From: Gnetum montanum
Taxonomy: Eukaryota; Plantae; Gnetophyta
Direction of reading: 5' to 3'
NCBI GenBank assembly: GCA_015680685.1
Contig: MNCI01002505.1
Location: 171,653-235,652, forward strand
Length of the DNA stretch: 64,000 nucleotides
Numbering within the stretch: position 1 is the first letter of the stretch; each line of letters opens with the position of its first letter. This document shows positions 38,720 through 51,983 of this stretch, in pieces. The notes below the pieces were generated by a model. The model was not told where the DNA came from and did not search any database. It worked only from the letters and a program-made list of their open reading frames with translations. Both the position numbers and the translations under genes were made by a program.

Positions 38720-40774
38720 ATAGAATAAAATATTGAACATGAGATTCTATGATATGGAGGCAAGGATTTAGGTTTCCTTCCTAAAGAATAAAATACTTTA
38801 TTTTTGAGAAAATTTGTGTTCATCTCCTAAGGAGATGAAAAACTATAAATGTTAAAGTAAAAACATAAGTAAGTTAAAATAGTTAATAAAAATCTAATTC
38901 GTAAGTAAAATATGAGTTCAAGAACTAGAATTAAACCTTTAGAGGATGAGGTTATGGATGAAAACATCTTAAGAACTATTGAGAATAAATTTTGAAGCTA
39001 AAACAAGGCTTTTTGGCTAAGGGTCTTGTCATTGATGTTAGAGCTGAAAAAATTGGAGTTGCAAAAATTCTAACTGTTGAGCCTAATGCTAATGCTAAAA
39101 AATTATAAGTCTACAATGCTAATGTGGATGTTGCTTGATTAATGAAGATATCACATTAGCATTAGTGCTAGAGCTTGAAGGGTCTATGATGGCCATGCAG
39201 CATGCAAGTAACATTAGGAGGTTTACTATATGCAATTTTGATCTTTAAAAATATTGAAAAGTTCTATAGATCTTAAGAAATTAATGCTAAAATATGGAAT
39301 GTAATGTCATATTTATAGGGTTAGGGTTATTGAATTTAAGCTCAGAGCTAAGTGAGGTTCACTAGGAGTTATATTGAAGTTTATTTTTAGTGAGTTTAAC
39401 CATACAAACTGTGTAATATGGATCTCATAAGGGGTGATGCTAATGCTAATGATAGTGCTACATCAACATCATTGGTACTTGGAAAAATTTTTCTACTTCT
39501 GCCTAGTATCAAGTTTTGAGCCTCTAGGATCTCATTTGATGTTTGAACTGATGTTGAATGATGCCAAGAAGCCAATGAGGTGAAGAGATGAGGTTGAATG
39601 TTAATCAGAAGTATTAAGGATGGTATTTCATAAGTTATAAAGATTGTGACGTTGAAATTGATGTTGAGATCATGGTCAACATCATAAGTTCTTAATTAAA
39701 TTTTAATAGTTTTGACCAAGTTAGAGTTTTGAGCCCTTGTGATCTCATTTGATTGTTGAACTGATGTCAAATTCTACTGATATAATCCTAAGGAGTCCAT
39801 CAAACTAAGGAACACTATTGAATGATGATTTGGAGGGTGATGAATGCAAAAATATGGGTCCCATAGGTGGTGATGTTGATAATGATGCTAGCATCAACAT
39901 TAGCATTACTAGTACTTAGTGAAATTTCTTTATATTTTTTCAAATTACAATTCTAAACTTCTAGGATCCTATGTGATGCTCAAAATGATGTCAGATACTA
40001 CCAAGATAATGCTAAGATGCCTAAGAAGCCAAGGAGTAGTATGAAATGATAAGCTTAAAGGTTAAGGTTGTCATTTTCCAACCCTGAAGGGTGCTAATGT
40101 TGATGTTGGTATCAACTAGGTACTTAGAAAAAATTTGATCACTTTTTCAAGTTGTCATTTCTAGTTTTTGAAATGTCCACTGATGTTAGAATGAGATATA
40201 ATGATGTTTATTAAATGCCAAAAAGCATATAAACCTATGGAATGCTACAAACTATAGGTGTGAAGTATCATGGAGGTGATGGAGAAGGGCATGAAGGTTC
40301 TAACATTGATATTGACACTAGCATCAACATTAGCATCAACTCTAGAGTTTAAAAAATTTAGTTAGAAAATTTTTTATTTTAGGGTCCTAGGATCATCTTT
40401 TTCAAATACTAAAATTTGACTTCTAGTATATTAAGATGGTGTTGGACCAGCTATGTGTTTTCATAGGGTGATATTTGAAGCCAACATATAGTTTTGGTAT
40501 AGGTGACATGGATGTGATGGTTCAAGGCTACAACTGACATGACATTAGTGGTTAAAGAGGAATGTGAATGTAGAATTTATGTCATATCCAATACTTAGAA
40601 AAATTTTAATTCTTGAACCTTTTCAATATTATTAAGAATGAAGCTCATAAGCTAGGTTATAAATCCAAATGGTCCCTAGAGGTCTCTAAGAGCTAGGAAT
40701 ATGTTCGATGATGTGTTCAAAACCACCCTGAGTCTTGATTCATGGTGAACTGCAAAGTGGATGCAACACTATCA
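38720..40774 (-). repeat. Partial LTR-like repeat homologous to 17310-19383 (putative 5' LTR of element X)
   Basis: Colinear ~2-kb match (e.g. TTTTTGGCTAAGGG.C.TGTCATTGATG at ~17600 and ~39010); ends AACACTATCA followed by TGAGA, compared with TGAAA before 16468. Confidence 0.7.
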
Positions 40775-41099
40775 TGAGACCCTCTAAAATAAACTAAAAA
40801 TAAAAAATATACTTATTTACAAAAATAACATATATAGAAAAATACAAAGTAACCTAAATAAAGCATATCTTAACTAATGTAGTACTCCATGTGCCAATGA
40901 TCCATCTAGTACTTGATACTTGTTGATTCAAAATTCTAATAAAAGAGGTTAGTGCATATATGCTAACTTAAAAGAAAATGCTAAATACTAAAAATATTAA
41001 AAATACTAAAAATAAAATTAAAATTAAAAATAAAATAAAGATAAATGAAATTTTTCTTAAATATCATCTAAGAAGGAAATAACAAGATACATAGCTCAA

Positions 41100-44000
41100 A
41101 TAATAAAAGCATAGTCAATAAAAGAAAAAAAAGATCAATAAAGCACAAGACATAGGTTTAACATAGGATATCAAGGGTTTAATTTAAAAACATACCAAGG
41201 GGTAAGGGGTATCTAAAATATAGATGTTACACTTAGCATCATATAGGAGATAAAGTATAGAATAGATCAAAGGTTGGTAGAGACATGAGAAGAGTTTAAT
41301 GTTTAAAACTACCATAATTGAGAACTTTTACCTAGGTAATTTCATTGATAATGCTTAGGTGATTTTGAAAGAGATTGAATAGACTAGAAAACTAGAGGAT
41401 TACCTTAAGAAGTACTAGGATTTAATGCTAAAAATTCTTATTATCAATGATACGATCAAGTTTTGACTCTTTTTAATGGCCTAAAATGTTGGACCTATTG
41501 GTAGACCAAAACTTGCAAGATCACAGAGTACAAGAAGGTTTTAGAGTTGGCTACTAGCTTGATGATATATTCTAAGTCCTAGAACTAGGATAAGAATAGT
41601 GAGGATAATCCCAAAATAGAAAAAATTTTGATGATGAATTTGATGGATCTAGAAGAAGAAATTTTGATGGTGATTTTTGCTATCCACATCCTACCATTAC
41701 CCCTAGCACCTAAGATTCTTACCAGGATAATGGAAACCATTAAGTTCTCAACGATCACAACAAGTTCAAGGATAAGCATCCATACTTTAGAGGTCCCATG
41801 AATAATCCTCCAAGGTATCTTAATGTAAGATTCTTCATTTGCTTAGAAAATCATATTTATCAAGATTGTCATCAAAACCTAATTCACAACTAGCCACAAG
41901 GGGTCCAAATGATGATTGGTATTTAAATGATCTTGAGTACTAATCATATTCTTAATTAGGAATGATCAAGGTAAATGAAAATGAATAGAAGATCAAGATC
42001 CTTAAAGTGATGAAGTAGATTTTTTAAAGCTTGATGGTAATTCAATAGAATGTTTAAGAAGAGTGGCTAAAGAAAGAAACCAACTTATGTTTGGTATTAA
42101 TGATTCCAATGTAGTTTCCTTTAAAGATTATGGATGTCTCAGTTGATATTGATGTCAACTATAACTTTCTTTTACCATAAATCACTTGAATTCTTACTTT
42201 GTAAGTTAAACTAGCTTTGAAATCTTTTAAGTTAGCCAAGTTCTTACAAATTAGATGTATAAGAGTGATGAAGGATGTGAAGGTAAAACATTAGTGGAGT
42301 GGGAAGTTAGGTTTTCTAGTCCTAGACATTAACTCTTTTCAAGTCATCCTTGGATAAGAGTTTTTCATGAAGGCAAGGATGTTGGATACCCCATATCTCA
42401 ATGTTCTTTATATTTCACATGAAAAATCACCCTATCAGATGAAGGCCTCTACATACTTAACAAAGTTCAAATTATCTCTCTAATTATGATGAAGAGGATT
42501 TCTTAGGATCCAACCAAATATATCTTTTTGGTAGTCTTGAGGAAGGTGGAAAAGAAAGGCTTGGCTTAGGTAAACATGAAAATCAAGAAGATGCTAGGAA
42601 GGTATAAGGATTTGATGCCAATGGAGTTGCAAGTAAGTTGCTAGAATGAAAAGTGATAGATCATAAAATTGAATTGTTGTTGAGAATTTCCCTCTCATGT
42701 AATATCCTTATATAATGACTACTCTTAAGTTGGAAGATTTAGAAAGGTAGGTGATAAGCCTAGTTAAGAAGGATGACATTTGATACTTAAAATCTTCATA
42801 CAAAGTTCTAGTGTTATTTGTAAAGAATAAGGATAACACATTAAGATTGTTTTGTGCTTTAAAGATCTTGAATAAGTTACCCTTCAAGAATAGATATCTA
42901 GTATTCTTGGTTTTAAACCTATTTGACTAAGTAGTAGTGGATCAAGTTTTCTCTTGCTCAACATTTACTAAGGTTACTATCAAGTATAGATTATAATAGG
43001 AGGTGAGGAGAAGACAACATGCATAAGTTATTATGGATCATATGAGTGGATGGTTATGCCTTTTGGATTATACAATACTCTTACCATTTTTTGCACACTC
43101 TTGAATGAGTGATTTTATTCTTACCTTGAGAAGTTCATGATTGTATATCTTGATGATATCCTTGTGTACTCTTGCTCTATGGAGAAATATCTTCAACACT
43201 TAGAACTTGTATTTTTCAAATTATGAGAACATAAGTTACATGTAAAGTGAAAGGAGTGTGAATTTAGGAAGGTGAAATTAAAGTTCTTAGGTAACATCAT
43301 TAGTGCAGATAAGGTAAAGCTAGATCCAAAAAAGGTGAATTCCATTGTTGCATGACCTATTTCAAAGGATGTACATGATTTTCTACCAATTCTTATGGTT
43401 GACTGATCATTATAGGAATTTTATTTATGGGCTATTTGGAGTGATTGTAGCCTTGAACAATTTAGAAAAGAAAGATATCCATTGGGAATAGAGTGAAAAG
43501 TACCAAGAAGCTTTTGACAAGATTAGAATAGCCCTCATAACCTAAATAATTTTGATACTTTTTGACTTTTCATAGTTATTTGAAGTTTAGAATCATGCTT
43601 TGGATGAGAAATTGAAGGAGTGTTCTTTCAAAATAATCATCTGGTGGAGTTCAGGATAAAGATGCTTAATTCAACAAAACAATTGTGTTTGGTGAATGTA
43701 AAGGAGACTTCACCATTATGCATTATCTTTACACATGGGGAAACTCTCTCTTGGGTGGCCTCATGATACTAAAAAAAGATAACATTTCCATGAACTACCT
43801 TTTTACTTAATCTAAGTTTCAAGAATTTGGGCAAAGCTTAAGTTTTTTCTTTTTGTTTTTCCCAAGTTCTTTAAATTCATGCAGTTGTTAAAGTTTTTAT
43901 GATTTAAAGTTATATATCAAAGAAGGCTAGAAATCTAAGAGATGTAGAAGAAAATGGCATAGAAAAGCAAAGTAGGAGGAAACATCCAAAAAGAGAAAGG

Positions 44001-46560
44001 AGAAATTAATAGAGTATTCAAGAGAAGCATATCAAATTTGGCAAAGTCCTTCCTCTTCTTCAGATATAAATAGAGGCCAAAGATCTCTTTTGGAGCATTT
44101 TATGAAATGAAGTAAGGATTTCTCTCAATATTTTTTTTTATTTCATGATCCATATTTTATCCTTTTGAGGGGATGTTGTAGTCTCTTCAAGCTCCATGTA
44201 TAGTACCTTTATCTTATTCTTGCAACTAGTGCTTCTCATAAGCTAAAGCTCTTTTATGGTAAGCCATAGTTGTTAATTTCTCATAATTTTATCACATAAA
44301 TTATCTCATATGCATAACCTAAATTATCACAATTCTTACGAATAAACCCTAAAATTTCTCTTAGGAATTTTTTTCAAGTATAAGAAGCTCATGCAGCCAA
44401 AAGATTTCTTCATTTTCATGTTATTATGCTTATGTTTCATTCATGTTTTAGTTAAAGCTCATTTATTAATGTTTTAAATTCAAGTATTTATCATAATATT
44501 TATTCATGTATGTTGGCTTTAAAGAAAATATAAATATATTATTTATGAAATTAATTTTCTCCAATATACTAGATGATTATGTATGAAGTTTTTTTATCAA
44601 GTATACATGTTGAGATTGGAGGTGTTTTTTGCATGTTTTAGAGGCTATTTTTATTAGAGAACTAGTAGCCATGAATGGAAATATTTTCCCTCGTAATTTC
44701 TTATTAATTTTACATTAAATATCAAGCCTAAGCCATGTTCATGCTTGTGGCCATATTGCTCCATAAATCTAAGCAATTATCATATTAATTAAGACCTAAT
44801 TGTGTTGTCATTTCTTGTTCAAAGAATGGATATTTTATGTTTGATGAAAGCCCTCTTTTATACATCAAAGGAAAAAATGTAATTTCATATTTCATGTGTG
44901 TAAGTGGCCTCCAAATGTCTTTAAGCAAAGCCTCAAATGTTTAGGCATGTTTTTGAGCACTTTAAGTACATAGGTAAACTTATATGTTTACCTAATTTTC
45001 ATGTATAACCTGCCCATTCTTCAAAGGTTATCTGCCTCATAAATATTTTATCATGTAATCCTCTATATTTTTAATAGCCAAATAAAGCTTGATGATTGAG
45101 TTTGATACAAGAGTTTGACCTTTAATGTAGCTATCTATTGAGCAAAGAGAATGTGGTGGTAGATGCATTGAGTTAATATCCTTAGATGTATTTGATGGAG
45201 ATTGTTAGTTAGCCTAATAGCCCTTTGGTGGTGGCTGATCATGAACTCTAGGAAAAATTATTAATGAATTACATCATAATTAGCATGCTTAGAAGTTATT
45301 AGAGCTAGTTTGAGATGAAAATGAGTCAAATTTTACTAAGGTGAATGACTTACTTATGTTTAAGAAAAAATAGGTTTATATTCTAGATTGGGGTACTTTT
45401 CATTCATAAATCATTGATGAATGCCATAGCACTTGGTGGAAAAAAGTGTCTATTGGCCAAATATAGGGGTTAATATAATAAATTTTATGCAAAGTTGTTT
45501 GATTTTCAAAAAAGACATAAGTTCCAAAGAGAGATAATATAGTTTGATCCATTTATTGGAAATCCTAGTGCTTTCATGTGTAGCTGTTTCAATGGATTTT
45601 ATCATCAAGCTTCCCATAGTACATGAATCTTTTAAGCATTCTTTTAGTTATGAACAAGCTTTCTAAATATGTTATCATCATCCCATGTTTCACGCCTTGC
45701 ATGTTTAAGAATGTAACATCATTATTTCTTTGTCATATGATGAGTTATTTTGGGTTTTCAACAACATTATGTCTAATGGAGATTTCTATTTCATGGGGAA
45801 TTTTTGATGAAAGCTTTTTGAGATGACATGAATGAATGTCTTTAGGATATGATCCCTTGATTGATGGATAAGTAGAATAGGTGAAAATGATCTTGTAGAA
45901 GTACTTGAGAAATTGAATTTGGTTGTATTAAAAAAACTAGGTGAATTTTTTTCCTATGGCTTAATTTAATTAAAATCTTGAGAAGCCCTTAGCCACAAGA
46001 CATTCTCTAGTAGAGTTAGCTTTGGGAAGGCAACTGTTAGGATATCAATTTTTAGAAATATTACATCAAGATCTAAATCCTTTAGCTGATAAGTTCATAA
46101 AGTATTGGATGAATCATATCCAAGTAGTTGTGTTGTACTTGAAGAAGTCTAGTGAAGGCCATTGAAGTGTGATCTTGAAGAGTGGATTCTTTTGAAGATG
46201 GATTATGTGTGGTAGATAAGGCCAAGAAGGTGAAAAAGTAGAATTTCTTGAGATGATGTAATGTGTTTTTCAAGGTCCTTACTCATGTTAACTTGATTAT
46301 ATACAAGTTATAGTTTCCAGTATATTTGATAAAATATCATCTCATATTTCATTTTTTCATGTTGAAAAATTTTAACCTGGGACATGCTAATCTAGCAATA
46401 ATGAGGTTGAAGATCTTCAAATTTTAAGGCAATGAGAGAACTATAGATTCATTTCATCATTAATATATGCATAACTAGTTATGCTCCTAATTAGAAGATG
46501 GAATTATTAGTACATTAGAAAGACATATCTTCGAATGAGGATATTTGGGAGGATTGACAT
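41100..46560 (+). mobile_element. Decayed chromovirus (Galadriel-like) gag-pol remnant: PR, RT, RH, INT, chromodomain
   Basis: DHKIEL; VLFVKNKD..LRL; GYYQV*I..G.EEKTTC.SYYGSYEWMVMPFGL.N....FCTLLN; YLDD at 43146-43157; VSMDFIIKLP near 45590; chromodomain-like ELLVH*KDISSNEDIWE near 46500; LTRs not identified. Confidence 0.8.
43820..45072 (+). mobile_element. ~1.25-kb non-coding insertion (probably a solo LTR) splitting RNase H
   Basis: RH reads DNISMNYLFT*SK before it and resumes with a KQARW...QEFD-like segment after it; TATAAATAG at ~44065; termini and TSD not resolved. Confidence 0.55.
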
Positions 46561-46658
46561 ACTCTCAAGCATAAGCCATCATTCATTGTAAATTTCTACA
46601 TAAAGAACCACATTGATATACCTTTGTGGACCTATGACTATGGCTAGCTTGGTATTGT

Positions 46659-47997
46659 TGTGGATTTTTGAACTTAGAAGAGGGGTGGGGGGGGGGGGTA
46701 TGTGTGTGTTCTGGTGGTGGGGGTTGTTGGGGGTAGGGCAAGGAGATCAATAAGTTTATCAAATTAAAATTCAAACAAACAAAGCACACACATTGAATTT
46801 AATGTGGTTTCCCAACTTAGGTAGTCCACACTCAGAAGGTCAATCACAAGCACACCTCTAGACTTTGTTGCTCTCAAAATGTGGTTGAAGGGTCCACACC
46901 CTATACAGTCTTCAAGCCCTGCTCTAGAGTGTTGTACTACAACACCAATCACTTAATCTCGCAAGATCCCATCAAGCTTGGAAATGTGGTTTCAAAGCTT
47001 CCACAACCTTTACAATCTTGAGCTCCACATCAAAATGTTGTAGCATAGCATCAACAAATCAATCCCTTAGGATCTTGACAAGCTCAAGCAAGATGCCTTC
47101 TCACAAGAAGCACATCAACACCACAGGGGAACAAGAGAGAACAATTACAAGGGATAAATGCAACTTAGTTTGCTGATCCTTGTACATTGAGGTACAACAC
47201 ACTCTACAATGATCAAATGATGATACAATGAAGAGAAACAAAGAATGAAAATGATTACAAATAAAATTTCACTTTTCCTAATGCACATCAATTCTTCTTA
47301 TAGCTGTAGTATTTCTAAATCCTTCTTAGAATGTGTGTAATGGCTAGGCAATGGTCAGTAACAGTCATGGGAGACATCTTTCTTATGCTTGAGACATCTC
47401 TTTGAATTTTCCTTCAATTCTGGGAAGATGTCTTTGTTTCTTGAAAGACATTTTCCTAAAGCCTTTATTTTGGAAGAAATCTTTGCCTTATGTAAGACAT
47501 CTTTCTGGTACTAGTCTTCATTCTGTAAAGATGACTTTGCCTTGTGAAAGATGTCTTTATTTGAGAAAGGCATCTTGCTATTTTTGAGAGACATCTTTCT
47601 GGGTCTTCTTTAATTCTAGAAAGATGTCTACTATTTTTGGAAGACATCTTTTGAAAGACGTCTCTTTTGTAGGGGCCAAAAATGAAACTACTCATTTTGA
47701 TACTGGGAGCCTCCAGGTGGCTCCAAACAAGTCCCCATAGACCTTATAACCTCCTAGACTCATCAAAATGAGCTAGAAACACTCCAAAACATGCTAAAAC
47801 TTCCAATAATCATCCTAAAAAAAAGACATATTTTACTTGAATTCTTCATATTCATCCATGCTTCCTTAAGTCCTTGTGATCCCAAATTTGCTTGTGAGTC
47901 CTTGAGTCCTTTAATCCTACTCTTGTAAATACAATAGTTACACAAACATCCTTGTACTTCATTTTCCTTTATGTTTTGACACACTAAAAGGTCCACA
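46659..47997 (-). repeat. 3' LTR of SIRE-like element 2
   Basis: TGTGGA...TCCACA termini; 46659-47100 matches 52039-52420; dense AGACATCT/AGATGTCT cluster at 47370-47665. Confidence 0.88.
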
Positions 47998-50369
47998 ATC
48001 TCCCCCTTTTTTATGATGTTCAAAACTTAAGAAAATGGATTAGCGATCATACATATATGGTATAATACTCTTCCCCCTTTTGAATAGTAGAAAAAAGGAT
48101 AAAGTACCCAAACTTGGTGAAAAAGAGATATAATTTTCAGATAATATGCAGGATCACACATTATGACATAACCCCAAAAATGTATAGTGAACCAAGAAAA
48201 TCAATTTAAGGAATAAATTTTTTTTATCATTAAGATCCATGAAAAGGAACCACTTAATTTGTCAAGAACTGATCGAAGCCTTCCATAGGATATTCAAACT
48301 TAAGGCATGAAGTAAAGTATAGGCATTGAAGATCAAGTAACTTGTCTCTAAATCCATAAGTCATTAGTAGTTTGCATTGCATGGTTCTTTCATTTTCTAA
48401 TATTTTCTATCCTTTTTAAAACATTAGAAAAAGAGTAGGGTAGTATAACAATACTAATTAAAACCAACCATGCTAAATTCTTAATTCCTCATCTCAAGGC
48501 AAACTATTCAATAGATGATTTAATCAAAATCACAGATACTTCAAAAACATGATCATGGTCTTGCTCATAACATCAACTAGTTTCTTTACAAAAATAGGTA
48601 CTTCTTGCTTTAGCTTATGAATGAATATTGAGTAGGTGGGCTGAAGATACATTAAGATTTTCTCTTATCAGTTTAAGAAAACTAAGCTATACCTAAACAA
48701 CACATAATTTTGATGCCAAAGATAAGAATAAGTACTCCATCTAAATGCCTCATCAAGACTTATATCTATTAACCAAAAATTATTGACATTTACAAAAGGA
48801 TAGGGAACTAACATGACAAAGCATTGATAAGTATTTGTATAAAGAAATACAACAAACACAATAGAATAATTTTTCAAACACAAATCACATACCTTATTTT
48901 TACCAAAGGATATTAGGAACACAAAATCAAGACACAAAAATACCTCTTGAAGGCCTTTTCTTACTCATTTTGGAATATCTTGCTATTTTAGTGTTTCTAG
49001 GATTAAGTATCCAAAGGCTCCCCCTACATTGGTGTCATCTACGATGAATATGGATAATGAGAAGTAGGCTCCCCCTACACATGTGCAGCTTTTCATGGGC
49101 CTTTAAGATCAATGTGCAAATATTGTAAATCACAAAAACACTATAACTTCAAGTCAACATTAGGTTCAATTGTGCAGATCAAGGATTTCAACTAGCAATA
49201 TTGATAGAAATTTTCAAAGCCTTATCTTATCTCATCAATAGTAAAAACATCCCAAAGGCTATGAGCATAGAAACAAATCATCACAAGAATTTCAAATTAA
49301 GCAAGGTTGAATGCAAAGAAAGAAATCATTAGAAGTGATACACTACAAATATTTACAAAATCAATCATTTAGAAAAATCATAAACTAAAAAAAAATGCCT
49401 ATATATAGATATATATATCTCATGACTTACCAAAAGAAATTATGAACACCTTTTCTAGTTCCAATCTGCCATTGTGAGTACTAAAGATCTCTAAGGTGAG
49501 TACTTATTAGCATACCAAAGGTCAAACATTAAATCCTTAACATACTGAGAACAAATAAGTTTATATAGCATATAAAATTCAAGAGCTTGATCAATAATGA
49601 TCATTTTAAGTAATGATTTTGATAATTTTTAAATAAATGGTCTCTTTTACAACATTACTAGATGAGAATGCTCTTCCTTGTTTATTTCTAGCTAAGGGAG
49701 AATGAAGTGGAATGTCTTGGTGCTTAAGTATCTTTTGATGGATATCTTAAAAGACTCCCCTCATGCTGGTGGCTTATTGTATGAAAAATGGTGATTATGA
49801 ACATACTTTCCTTGCACATGTGTAGATTTCTATGCTCCCTTTGAGTTCTTTTTTCAAATGTGATTAACAAGGCTCTTTTATCATCATGGTACTATTCCTA
49901 CTAAGCAATGATGTGATCAAGTATGAAGACTAGGGTCTCCTATTAGTAGTATCGATAGTACTTTTAGACATTTATCTTCAAAAGATTCAAGATTCATGCT
50001 TTTCAAAAGTACTAAAAAGAGAGCTTTGATATATTAGAAAAGCACAATAAATAATGAATAGTTCATCCCAAGGTTTTTAGACCATGAATTACATGAAACA
50101 GTTAAACATCAAAAACCAAGATATGAAACCAAAAGATAATTTACAATAAATTCATTACATGTACCACACCACAAACTTTCATAAATCTAGTTCCATCATG
50201 ATCATATAAAGGATATCATAAACAATTAAAAAAAATCTTCTCTTATAAGAGTTGATCTAGAGATAACATTCCATAAATAAGTAAACATCACAAAAAATTT
50301 AGAATTTCCAGATTAAATACTGATACAAAATTTAGCAAGCAAGAAGATAGAAACTTACCTTGACTTACC

Positions 50370-51983
50370 TTGCTTGTAGTTGGGAATTAAGGTGCCTAAA
50401 GTGCTAGAGAATGGGATTCCTATTTTGAATATTCTCTTCTTACATAAACTTCTTCGATTTTGAAGAATTGGCTCCTTTTCATGAATTGGCTAGATAGTCT
50501 CTTCTCATTCTTGGGTTTCTTCCTCTTGACTCTTCAAACTTTTCAAACTTCCTCATTTTTGTGAGTTGTTTAATCTTTCTTGACTCCTCTTTGATTTGTT
50601 TGCATATCCTTTTTAACCTTCAAAAAAATCCTTTCTAGGCACATTTACATAAGACCAAGGAGTCCTATGATATGACCAAGTGCTCATGTGATAATATTTT
50701 AAATTTCACTCCCATTGCTTATGCCAAAATTTATGATAATAATAACATCTCACCTTTCTATAATAGTTAAAATGATCATACCTTGGAGCTGATCTTGGTT
50801 GAGATGTAGTGCCTATTGATTCTTCATTCTTTGGAGTGACCTTTGGTTGAGATGGGATTTGTGTAGATGATTCCTCTTGTGTATGACATCCAAGTCCACT
50901 CTTATCATGTAGACTTCTTCCTTGTCTAAGAACCATTTGAAGGGAATCTTTTTCTTTGACTAGCCTTTCATTTACAAGTTTGACATCTACAAGTTTTTTC
51001 TTGATTTTCTCATAAGATTGGATTAGCTCTTTATTCTTAGCCTTAAGTTTTGAGATTTATTTTGTGAGATAAGAAATTGTTAAATTTAATGAATAAATAT
51101 CTTGATCCTTAGTTTTTACTTGCTTAGTTAATTTTACACAAAGACTTTCCAACTTACATAATAGATCATACTTTTCTTCCTTATTCTCAGATTGATCATC
51201 ATCATTAGAAAGGCCAACATTGTCATTTGTGAGAGCCATATAGATGAGATGAGAATATTTTGAGGTGTCACCTACCTCTTCCTTGCATTAGTCTCCATCA
51301 TCCTAGCTAGTGAAGAAATTGTTTGCCTTTTTATCTTGAGTTAATGCATCTTCATCATCCTAGTTTGTATGAATGTTACTTGTTCTCATTTCTTCACTAT
51401 ACTCTTTCTCTTAATACTTGTAAGCATTGGGACATTCAGAGGCCAAATGGCCTCTTCCACCACATATCCAGTATTCTATAGAAGAAAGATCAAAATTAGA
51501 ATTTGAAATATTTTTACCTCTTTCCTTACCTCTTTCTCTACCTTTCAATTGATTGGATCAATTTTCTTTTGAGAAATTTCTTAGACATCCATCTATTTGC
51601 TTTTGATCTTTGGACAAAGAGTTATTGCTCATCTACTTAATCACATAGGTTAGTTTTTAAACCTAATCCTTGAGGTTTGAGTTTTCTTTCTTGACATGAG
51701 CACATTCATCATTAAGAACTATAATTTTCATTTCCTTAACAAGCAAAGAATATTTTATCTCAATGCATAAATTTTGAAAAGAAAGAATCTCATTGCAAAA
51801 TATCCCATACCTTTCATAAATATCATAAACACTATTAAGCTTGCAAGAGTAGACATGTTTATTTCTAAATAGAATGAAAGATTTATCTTCTTGGTAGATA
51901 TGATATAGAGATTGGATAAAATAGTTGATAAAGATAATTAGTCTCCTTGACCAAGTATATCTGGTGTTGAAATTCCCTTCCAT
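50370..51983 (-). pseudogene. gag: Decayed gag of SIRE-like element 2
   Basis: YWICGGRGHLASECP knuckle at ~51430-51475; DKSGLG motif and second degenerate knuckle RCYYYHKFWHKQWE at 50706-50936; N-terminal core shorter than in element 1. Confidence 0.78.
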
